From a virus (taxonomy: Duplodnaviria > Caudoviricetes), in the IMG/VR virus record IMGVR_UViG_3300033562_000573, positions 5,287-69,286 of that record: DNA of 64,000 bases. One strand, written 5' to 3'. The translations under genes were made by a program, and so were the position numbers. The notes beneath the pieces are model-generated. The model was given only the letters and a program-made list of their open reading frames with translations. It ran no database searches and was not told the origin of the DNA. Below are positions 1 to 7,163 of this stretch, one piece after another (within the stretch, counting starts at the first letter, position 1; each line of letters starts with the position of its first letter).

Positions 1-163
1 CAATGTCAATTCAGTATGTATGCCCCAGCAATGGGGCTACTCATAGTGTAACGTTGAATGGTCCAATTATACGTAATGGGGAATATTTTGAAGATTGGTC
101 ATATCAGTACATTGAATTTAAATGCAAATTCTGTGGAAATAATCATAAATTTGAGTTATAAAA

Positions 164-994
164 ATGACACCCATTTCAATTGATCGACATATAATAATAT
201 CAGGTAATTATCTGACATTATGTATATTAAAAAATCAATTTTTTGATAATATAAAGAATTTTATGTTATCAAAATTTGATATCGAAGAATATAAAAATTC
301 TGTGATTGTAGTTGGTGGAAGTGATTTTTCATGTATTCAATATTGCAGAGAACAGCACACTAATAAAAAAATAATTGCATACAACTGGGAACAACTAGTT
401 GATTGTAATCAGTGGATAAATGTATCTCATGTAATATCAGAAATGAAAAAGGCTGATGAGATATGGGATTACGACCATTTGAATAAATTATATTTGAGTA
501 AATTTTATAATGTTTCTGTAAGTAAAGTGATGCCATTTGAGTATTATTCAAATATAGAGATGTTATCGAATAAGAAAAATCCAACTATTGATGTATTAGT
601 GTATGGATCTCTAAATGAAAGACGAGCACGGATACTGGCAAATATTCAGCTACAACTATATGATTCAGTATCTATAGTCATAGTTGCTGGAATGAGTAGA
701 GAGTCTACTTATAAGTATATAGAAAATAGCAAGATCGTTTTGAATTTACATGGATTTGAACCTTGGAGTAGACAAGAACAAGAACGCATTGGGTTTTTAT
801 TGGGTAATAAGAAGTGTGTAATTTCCGAAATATCACAAGAAAACTATTTCACTGATGCTATATTAGAATCACGATTGGATGATTTGATATATAATATTAA
901 TTATGCGTTGCATGATGATAATTGGAGACAGATTGGACTCAATGGATATGAAAAGTTCAAGAATGGCTCGTGTCAGAAAACCACAAATTACTAA
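164..994 (+). CDS. Glycosyltransferase-like protein (GT-B/CgeB-like C-terminal domain); true start may be 263
   Basis: SKIVLNLHG...EQERIGFLLGNKKCVISE resembles the C-terminal sugar-nucleotide-binding domain of GT-B proteins. Confidence 0.5.
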   Translation: MTPISIDRHIIISGNYLTLCILKNQFFDNIKNFMLSKFDIEEYKNSVIVVGGSDFSCIQYCREQHTNKKIIAYNWEQLVDCNQWINVSHVISEMKKADEIWDYDHLNKLYLSKFYNVSVSKVMPFEYYSNIEMLSNKKNPTIDVLVYGSLNERRARILANIQLQLYDSVSIVIVAGMSRESTYKYIENSKIVLNLHGFEPWSRQEQERIGFLLGNKKCVISEISQENYFTDAILESRLDDLIYNINYALHDDNWRQIGLNGYEKFKNGSCQKTTNY

Positions 995-1018
995 AAAGAA
1001 AAAAAAGTGAAAAAAGTT

Positions 1019-1047
1019 TTGACAAGATAACGAAAATAATCTATATT
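1019..1047 (+). promoter_or_regulatory. sigma70-type promoter for the leader and tRNA array
   Basis: TTGACA-N17-TATATT; the same architecture recurs before many genes in the left half. Confidence 0.8.
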
Positions 1048-1089
1048 AGTTTTATAAGAGAAAAGAAAAACCATCTCACAAGGAATAAA

Positions 1090-1185
1090 ATGCAAAAGTC
1101 AATCGTCATAACAACCATTACAGTAGCGATCATTGATCGTACTGCTACAGGTATGGGCGCAGGAGATATTGCATTGCGAGGTTAA
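1090..1185 (+). CDS. Putative attenuator leader peptide MQKSIVITTITVAIIDRTATGMGAGDIALRG (31 aa)
   Basis: AAGGA RBS; Ile/Thr-rich like thrL (TGMGAG vs TGNGAG); immediately followed by a terminator. Confidence 0.7.
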   Translation: MQKSIVITTITVAIIDRTATGMGAGDIALRG

Positions 1186-1206
1186 ATTCTATATAAAGAT
1201 AGAATG

Positions 1207-1240
1207 AAGCCTCGCAGAAAACTGCGAGGTTTTTCTTTTT
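1207..1240 (+). terminator. Intrinsic terminator (attenuator) before the first tRNA
   Basis: AAGCCTCGCAG-AAAA-CTGCGAGGTT followed by a U tract. Confidence 0.85.
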
Positions 1241-1250
1241 GGTAGATTAT

Positions 1251-1324
1251 GGATGTGTAGCTCGAATTGGTAGAGCATCTGATTTGCATTCAGAGGGTTA
1301 AGGGTTCGAATCCCTTCACGTCCA
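1251..1324 (+). tRNA. tRNA-Ala(UGC)
   Basis: Cloverleaf; TCTGA-TTTGCAT-TCAGA; GTTCGAAT T loop. Confidence 0.9.
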
Positions 1325-1326
1325 CT

Positions 1327-1400
1327 AGCGGAGTGATAGCAGATGGTAGCTTGCCAGGCTCATAACCTGGAGGTCGTGGGTTCGAGTCCCACCTCCGCAA
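1327..1400 (+). tRNA. tRNA-fMet(CAU), initiator type
   Basis: CCAGG-CTCATAA-CCTGG; 1:72 mismatch; resembles bacterial initiator tRNA. Confidence 0.85.
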
Positions 1401-1458
1401 TAACAATAACGCTTGCCGTTATTTGATGATTGAAAGTTTGGATTGAATAGTTTTTTAT

Positions 1459-1531
1459 GCGGTTGTATCTCAGTTGGTAGAGAGTCTGCTTGCCATGCAG
1501 AATGTCGTGGGTTCGAACCCCATCAACCGCT
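1459..1531 (+). tRNA. tRNA-Gly(GCC)
   Basis: TCTGC-TTGCCAT-GCAGA; cloverleaf. Confidence 0.9.
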
Positions 1532-1658
1532 TAAAGATATGATTATTGATAGTGAGTGTATGACACTGAAGAGTTGGGTGTATCCCGTGTATTCGGTTCT
1601 TGGTAGTTCGAAAGAATCAGGCAAAGCACCACAAAACTACCAATCATATCTTTTTTAT

Positions 1659-1927
1659 GCATCAGTAGCTCGAATTGGTAGAGCTACGGGAAATCTTATG
1701 ATGTCTTCAAACCCGTGTGTGAATAAATAGTAGTCTAATGGAAGTGCATAATGAACAATAAAGGAAAAATTAATTGAAATGGATTCTGATAACGACATTA
1801 TAAGATCAAAGAACCGTGAGCATCTGGAAGGGGTGACAGGTCGGAATTATAGTAGGTTAATGAGTAGCTTTTTTTAGTAGTTATGTAAATAAATTAGATG
1901 AGGTGGGTTCGACTCCCCTATGGTGCT
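1659..1927 (+). ncRNA. tRNA-like RNA with ~200-nt internal insert
   Basis: 5' GCATCAG + D arm (TAGCTCGAATTGGTAGAGC); 3' GGGTTCGACTCCC T arm + TGGTGC that pairs with the 5' end. Confidence 0.45.
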
Positions 1928-2039
1928 TGAATGTGTTCTGTCTGAGACGAGCGTGAATAAGGTCAGTTAACCTCGGTATGAGGGATATGTGCAAACATAT
2001 TTGACATCTCAGTGACAAGTAGGGAAAGACCTACATTAT

Positions 2040-2112
2040 GGGGTTATAGCTCAGTTGGTAGAGCATCTGACTTGCACTCAGAAGGTCGAGAGTTCGAATC
2101 TCTCTGGCTCCA
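2040..2112 (+). tRNA. tRNA-Ala(UGC)
   Basis: TCTGA-CTTGCAC-TCAGA; G3:U70 pair. Confidence 0.92.
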
Positions 2113-2122
2113 TTAAATTAAT

Positions 2123-2197
2123 GCGTCATTGGTGTTTAACGGTTCAGCATGAGACTCTTCCAAAGTCAAGGTGAGGGTTCGAATCCCTCATGACGCT
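2123..2197 (+). tRNA. tRNA-Gly(UCC)
   Basis: GACT-CTTCCAA-AGTC; acceptor stem pairs; T loop TTCGAAT. Confidence 0.85.
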
Positions 2198-2353
2198 TAC
2201 CACAAACTAGCAGTGTGCTACTGCCTATCATGCCGAAAGTATGATAGATACAACAAGTGATAAGGTCACTTGACAATAACAACAGCAAAAACGGACAGCG
2301 GTTGCAAACGCTAAGATCAAGTCCCTTGATGATGTTACTTTGGTCATCAATAT

Positions 2354-2424
2354 GCATCTATCGTATAAAGGTAATACCAGTGATTTCCAATCATTAGCTC
2401 TCAGTTCGATTCTGGGTAGATGCT
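2354..2424 (+). tRNA. tRNA-Gly(UCC)
   Basis: AGTGA-TTTCCAA-TCATT; GCATCTA/TAGATGC acceptor stem. Confidence 0.8.
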
Positions 2425-2487
2425 TTACTATAAAAATAATGAACTTTTATATAAACTATATAAACAGTTTATTAGAGGTTCGAATAT

Positions 2488-3171
2488 ATGAAATTTGATG
2501 AAAAGAAACATGCTCGTGAATTGAGAACACTTGGGTTTTCATTAAAAGAAATATCAAAAAAACTCAATGTTGCTAAAAGTAGTGTTAGTGTATGGGTCAG
2601 AGATATTAAGTTAGATGAAAATGCAATAAATAGAATTCAATTGAATAGAGAAAAATCGTATAAAATAAGAAATGAAGATCACTATAAAAAATTTACTGAT
2701 AAAAGAATGCAATGGAGAAAAGATGCATTATCTCTAATTACTAATAGAGATGCATTAGATGTTGCATTATTATATTGGTCAGAAGGGTATAAAAAGAATA
2801 ATAAAAATACAGTGGCTTTTACTAATAGTGATCCATCTATGATATTTATTTTTATGAATAAATTAGTTAATGGATACAATGTATCTAAATCTGATATAAA
2901 AATATCATTGAATGTGTATACCGATTTACATACACAAGATGAAATTAAATTATATTGGATGGATAAACTCAATATTTCCGATAATTCAATTTATGTAAAT
3001 AGTATAAATAATATATCGAAATATAGCAAAAATAAACGTTGTGGATTACTTGAATGGGGTACATGTAGATTAATGGTACACTCAACACAAGTATTACAAA
3101 AAATATATGGTGTACTTGATGCATATACAGAATTAAATGGTATGAAATCAGATTGCACTGGATATAACTAA
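2488..3171 (+). CDS. HTH + LAGLIDADG-like putative homing endonuclease
   Basis: N-terminal HTH (GFSLKEISKKLNVAKSSVSVW); LYWSEG...VAFTNSD; TATAAAC upstream; inserted between tRNAs. Confidence 0.55.
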   Translation: MKFDEKKHARELRTLGFSLKEISKKLNVAKSSVSVWVRDIKLDENAINRIQLNREKSYKIRNEDHYKKFTDKRMQWRKDALSLITNRDALDVALLYWSEGYKKNNKNTVAFTNSDPSMIFIFMNKLVNGYNVSKSDIKISLNVYTDLHTQDEIKLYWMDKLNISDNSIYVNSINNISKYSKNKRCGLLEWGTCRLMVHSTQVLQKIYGVLDAYTELNGMKSDCTGYN

Positions 3172-3193
3172 TATTGGTTATATTGTTAATTAT

Positions 3194-3265
3194 GCCCATG
3201 TAGCTCAGTGGTAGAGCTGCACCTTTGTAACGTGCGGGTCGGGGGTTCAAATCCCTTCGTGGGCT
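3194..3265 (+). tRNA. tRNA-Thr(UGU)
   Basis: TTTGTAA loop; cloverleaf. Confidence 0.85.
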
Positions 3266-3272
3266 TAAAAAC

Positions 3273-3345
3273 GCTACTATAGCATAACTGGTGATGCAGC
3301 TGACTTGTAATCAGCAGATTCTCGGTTCGAGTCCGAGTGGTAGCT
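3273..3345 (+). tRNA. tRNA-Thr(UGU)
   Basis: GCTGA-CTTGTAA-TCAGC. Confidence 0.9.
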
Positions 3346-3367
3346 TAACTAATTTTTACTATATCAT

Positions 3368-3454
3368 AGATGGATACTCGAATTGGTCTTCAGAGGGCAG
3401 TCTGATAAGCTGTTTGGTGCAAGCCTTATGTGGGTTCAAGTCCCACTCCATCTA
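3368..3454 (+). tRNA. tRNA-Ile(GAU) with long variable arm (copy 1)
   Basis: GCAGT-CTGATAA-GCTGT, ~15-nt variable region, GTGGG-TTCAAGT-CCCAC. Confidence 0.75.
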
Positions 3455-3563
3455 CTAAATACACAACCAAAGTAATTGGGTTAAATTCCCTTATCCGTAG
3501 CATAAATTCGTAGAAACGGATTGGTAGTATTGCTAACTCGTTGGCTCTGTGTATTTTAATTAT

Positions 3564-3636
3564 GTCCGTGTAGCTTAACTGGATAAGCCTCTCGCTACGA
3601 ACGAGAAGAGTATAGGTTCGACTCCTATCACGGATT
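3564..3636 (+). tRNA. tRNA-Arg(ACG)
   Basis: TCTCG-CTACGAA-CGAGA. Confidence 0.9.
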
Positions 3637-3638
3637 CT

Positions 3639-3787
3639 AGCAGAATAGAGGAATTATTGTACATATAAGTATATAATACTAGTAAATTTATATTTAGATG
3701 GACAACAACCAGACTCGCCCTCATCATAGAGAGGGAATAGATATCGACGGATATCGTTTGTAGGTGAAAGTCCTACTTCTGCAACCA
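3639..3787 (+). ncRNA. Atypical tRNA-Met(CAU)-like RNA with D-loop insert, long variable arm and encoded CCA
   Basis: AGCAGAA/TTCTGCA acceptor + ACCA; CCCTC-ATCATAGA-GAGGG; GTAGG-TGAAAGT-CCTAC. Confidence 0.5.
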
Positions 3788-3792
3788 TTTAC

Positions 3793-3865
3793 GCCCATTT
3801 AATTCAGTGGATAGAAAGCATGGCTTCGAACTATGTAGTCGGGGGTTCGAATCCCTCAGTGGGTA
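3793..3865 (+). tRNA. tRNA-Arg(UCG)
   Basis: CATGG-CTTCGAA-CTATG. Confidence 0.88.
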
Positions 3866-3885
3866 TAACAAAAATAGGGTTAATT

Positions 3886-4185
3886 ATGAAAAAGACACAT
3901 ATAAAATTTAATATTGTTGGCATAACACCCGAAGGCGTTCATGTAGTGGACAATGTTTTTAGAGTATTTGATACGGACGGTCTTCCATTGGATGAATTGT
4001 TTTATCAATGTAAAGAACATAATTTAATGCCTTCATGGACTAATTTTTATGAAGATGCAAGACTTCAAGGATGGAGTCATAAAACTATTATGAATAGATT
4101 AGAAGTTTCTATTCGTGATGCTTATGGTAAAGAATTTTCTGATGGTGTACTCGAAAGATTACAATTATTTTCAGAATTAACATAA
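3886..4185 (+). CDS. Small protein with an alanyl-tRNA-synthetase-like DTxGxPLD motif
   Basis: VFRVFDTDGLPLDEL resembles AlaRS AFKLYDTYGFPLDL; start reassigned to M23 of the listed ORF. Confidence 0.5.
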   Translation: MKKTHIKFNIVGITPEGVHVVDNVFRVFDTDGLPLDELFYQCKEHNLMPSWTNFYEDARLQGWSHKTIMNRLEVSIRDAYGKEFSDGVLERLQLFSELT

Positions 4186-4192
4186 AGAATTT

Positions 4193-4266
4193 GCTGTTGT
4201 AGCATAATTGGTTAATGCGCTGTCTTGGTATGACAGATAGTGGTGGTTCGATCCCACTCAATAGCT
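4193..4266 (+). tRNA. tRNA-Thr(GGU)
   Basis: CTGTC-TTGGTAT-GACAG. Confidence 0.88.
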
Positions 4267-4274
4267 TAAAATTT

Positions 4275-4346
4275 CGGCATGTAGCTCAATGGTGGAGCAG
4301 TGGTTTTACATACCATATGATGGGGGTTCAAGTCCCTCCATGCCGA
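4275..4346 (+). tRNA. tRNA-Val(UAC)
   Basis: GTGGT-TTTACAT-ACCAT; CGGCATG/CATGCCG. Confidence 0.88.
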
Positions 4347-4399
4347 TTATTCGAACTTGTTAATTATATAAACTAAGTATATAGATAAGGTGTTCGAAA

Positions 4400-4972
4400 A
4401 TGAAAATTAAATGCAAATTCTGCGAATGTGAATTTATTGGAGATAATACACGAAAATTTTGTAGTTCTGTGTGTTCTGCTAAATTTAATAATAAAGGTAT
4501 ATGCAGAAATAAAAAGAAAAAATTAGATAACTGTATTAATTGTGGTGGTAAATTAAATAAATCATCACAGAAAAAATTTTGTTCATTAAGTTGTTCAAAT
4601 GAATATAAGTGGTTACATAAAATGATTCCTTTAATTGAATCAGGTAAATGTACACAACAATTAACAGTTAAGAAATATTTGTTTATGACTCGTGGGGAGA
4701 AATGTGAATTATGTGGTCAATTACCAACATGGAATGGAAAGCCGTTAACATTACAAATCGATCATATAGATGGTAACTCTGATAACAATGAATTGAATAA
4801 TGTTAGAATATTATGCCCACATTGTCATAGTCAAACTGATACCTTTGTATCACGCAATATAAAAAATACTAATAGAAATAGTTATTTGCGTAGATATAAG
4901 AAAAAAGTAATGTACATGGAAAATATAATTAAAAAAAAAGATACAATATGCCGTATAGACAATGCGAATTAA
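4400..4972 (+). CDS. HNH homing endonuclease with zinc-binding N-terminus
   Basis: CELCG...LQIDHIDGNSDNNELNNVRILCPHCHSQT. Confidence 0.85.
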   Translation: MKIKCKFCECEFIGDNTRKFCSSVCSAKFNNKGICRNKKKKLDNCINCGGKLNKSSQKKFCSLSCSNEYKWLHKMIPLIESGKCTQQLTVKKYLFMTRGEKCELCGQLPTWNGKPLTLQIDHIDGNSDNNELNNVRILCPHCHSQTDTFVSRNIKNTNRNSYLRRYKKKVMYMENIIKKKDTICRIDNAN

Positions 4973-5175
4973 AGCGAAGTGAAAATGGTAATTCTCTTAC
5001 TACTGTAAGTTATATTCCATCTAAGTTAGCAAAAGTAGGTCGTAAAATTGAAGTTCAAGAGAATGAAATCTGGACTGCATGGACAGTTGATAAAATAAGT
5101 GATGTAGAAATTTCAGATGAAGTTGCCAAAAAGACACAGAAGATGTGGCATGGTGGCTGGAATAATAACATTTAA
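4948..5175 (+). CDS. Hypothetical protein
   Basis: ORF coupled to its neighbours; no recognised motif. Confidence 0.6.
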   Translation: MPYRQCELKRSENGNSLTTVSYIPSKLAKVGRKIEVQENEIWTAWTVDKISDVEISDEVAKKTQKMWHGGWNNNI

Positions 5176-5369
5176 TGGAATTAGACATGACATTAATGTT
5201 GAAAGTTATTATATCGTTATTTGGTGTTGTTTTTGTACTTGGGATTTATAATAAAATTCAAGAACGAAGAGAATATAAAAAAATGATGGATCAGATTCAG
5301 AAGGATAAAGAAAAAAATAGAAGACCATCTTCTAGTTATACTTTATCTTCTGAAGATGGTTATAAGTAA
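5175..5369 (+). CDS. Small single-pass membrane protein
   Basis: Hydrophobic N-terminus, basic tail. Confidence 0.55.
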   Translation: MELDMTLMLKVIISLFGVVFVLGIYNKIQERREYKKMMDQIQKDKEKNRRPSSSYTLSSEDGYK

Positions 5370-5374
5370 GATAT

Positions 5375-5461
5375 AGATGGATACTCGAATTGGTTCTCAG
5401 AGGGCAGTCTGATAAGCTGTTTGGCACAATCCTTATGTGGGTTCAAGTCCCACTCCATCTA
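5375..5461 (+). tRNA. tRNA-Ile(GAU) with long variable arm (copy 2)
   Basis: Near-identical to 3368-3454. Confidence 0.75.
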
Positions 5462-5467
5462 CGATAA

Positions 5468-5541
5468 GGGCATGTTTCCTAGTGGTTAAGGAGCCTGACT
5501 GTCTATCAGGATTTTCAGGGGTTCGAATCCCCTCATGCTCG
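5468..5541 (+). tRNA. tRNA-Asp(GUC)
   Basis: CCTGA-CTGTCTA-TCAGG. Confidence 0.9.
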
Positions 5542-5649
5542 TATTTTTTATCACATTATATTGATGTGATAATTATGGGTGGTTCATTCCCCATTAGATG
5601 TTTTTAGTTCATTCCCTATTTATTATAAACTATTATTTTAGGTGATTAC

Positions 5650-6414
5650 ATGATAAATAAGTTGAATGAATATAATAAAATATGCCCACGATGTGGTGGT
5701 GAATTTACTGTTAAGTGTAGAGAATCTGAAATACATAATCCTAAAAAAGTGCGTGTATATTGCAGTGATGTATGTAGTAGAGCTAGAATTCTAAGTGAGT
5801 GTACTAAACAGAAAATTGCATCATCGTTAAGAATAATAAGACCTTCTATAATATGTGTATGTTGTGGTGTATCATTTGTTCCCAAACGAAAGTCACAAGT
5901 TATGTGTTCATTAAAATGTGTTGGTATTGTAAATGGTAAAAAAATGACGGATGGTTCTGTTATTGATAAAAAGAATAACCCACAAAAATATTCAGATTTA
6001 CAAAAAACAATGTATGCAAATGGTATACAAAAAGTTGGTGGTGGTAAAACAAAATGGTATACCTATAATAATATTCGTGTACAGGGTACATATGAATTAA
6101 GATGTTGTATAATTCTTGATAAAATGAAATCACTAAATTGCATATATAACTGGGAATACACAAAAGACAGAATACCATACATAGGAATTGATGGAAATTT
6201 ACATAACTATTTACTAGATTTTAAAGTTTATTATTCGCCAACTGAATTCTATTATATAGAAGTTAAAGGATATGTAAAAGATGTCGATTTTCTTAAATGG
6301 AAAGCAGTTGATGATAATGGATTTGTTATGGAGATATGGTATAAAAATAATTTAGAATCACATGAAACTGAATATTTTATTCATAGTAATGAATATCTTC
6401 GATATACAAAATAG
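5650..6414 (+). CDS. Zinc-ribbon + TnsA-like PD-(D/E)XK putative homing endonuclease
   Basis: CxxC/CSxxC repeats; NYLLDFKV...YIEVKG. Confidence 0.7.
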   Translation: MINKLNEYNKICPRCGGEFTVKCRESEIHNPKKVRVYCSDVCSRARILSECTKQKIASSLRIIRPSIICVCCGVSFVPKRKSQVMCSLKCVGIVNGKKMTDGSVIDKKNNPQKYSDLQKTMYANGIQKVGGGKTKWYTYNNIRVQGTYELRCCIILDKMKSLNCIYNWEYTKDRIPYIGIDGNLHNYLLDFKVYYSPTEFYYIEVKGYVKDVDFLKWKAVDDNGFVMEIWYKNNLESHETEYFIHSNEYLRYTK

Positions 6415-6430
6415 TAAATGTAGTCTTTTT

Positions 6431-6505
6431 ATCGGATTAGCTCAGTTGGCTTAGAGCAGGTGCTTCATACGCACAAGGTCACTGGTTCAAGTCCAGTATC
6501 CGGTA
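6431..6505 (+). tRNA. tRNA-Met or Ile2 (CAU)
   Basis: GTGC-TTCATAC-GCAC; cloverleaf; identity not resolvable by eye. Confidence 0.8.
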
Positions 6506-6517
6506 CTATTTTTTCAT

Positions 6518-6592
6518 GCCCAGATAACACAATTGGTAGTGTGCTCGTTTCGTAAGCGAGAGGCTGGCTGGGTTCGAGTCCCCCTTTGGGCT
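6518..6592 (+). tRNA. tRNA-Thr(CGU)
   Basis: CTCGT-TTCGTAA-GCGAG. Confidence 0.8.
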
Positions 6593-6651
6593 TTTTTTAT
6601 TCAATCCAAACTGATTTTAATCTATATTTATAATAAATATTATAGGTTAAT

Positions 6652-7056
6652 ATGTTTACATTAATAGACAATCTTAAAGATCCAGTTGTACATTCAGATA
6701 TTGACGATAAATATCTAGCATCATTTTTTATTCAAATTCCGCTAGACTCATTTGTATTGCAATTTTACGATTGGCAAACAGGCGATGTAATTGAGTATGA
6801 TGAATCAATTAAACAATATGGAATTGAAAGAACTAGACGTAGATTTAGATGCTTATTTACCAATATCACTTCGAATACAGATGAATTAGATTTATTTGCT
6901 TTAATAGTTAAATCTGTAAATATTTGGTACAACGAGAATATTGCACAAATTGAATTACATCATTTAAGTGATTGGGATTATTCTATGTTTTTTAAATATT
7001 TTAAAATTACTAGAATATATAGAGAACCTGACTTAATATTATCATATAAAAGTTAA
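6652..7056 (+). CDS. Hypothetical protein
   Basis: 134-aa ORF followed by a terminator. Confidence 0.6.
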   Translation: MFTLIDNLKDPVVHSDIDDKYLASFFIQIPLDSFVLQFYDWQTGDVIEYDESIKQYGIERTRRRFRCLFTNITSNTDELDLFALIVKSVNIWYNENIAQIELHHLSDWDYSMFFKYFKITRIYREPDLILSYKS

Positions 7057-7068
7057 TAATACATAAAT

Positions 7069-7097
7069 AAAAAGCCATCGTTAGATGGCTTTTTTTA
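7069..7097 (+). terminator. Intrinsic terminator
   Basis: AAAAAGCCATC-GTTA-GATGGCTTTTTTT. Confidence 0.8.
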
Positions 7098-7163
7098 TTT
7101 GTATTCTAGTATAAATTGTGTTATTAAATAGTATATTTTGTGTATAGTTATAGGATAACATAA

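Noticed and set aside
1560-1620. Hammerhead ribozyme (CTGAAGAG ... CGAAA)
   Set aside because: Stems I-III and the NUH cleavage triplet could not be formed convincingly.
1659-1927. tmRNA
   Set aside because: It has a true D stem, lacks G3:U70 and shows no recognisable resume codon or tag frame; kept only as an unassigned tRNA-like RNA.
1443-2357. ORFs 1443-1730 and 2166-2357
   Set aside because: They overlap tRNA genes and have no RBS or protein features.
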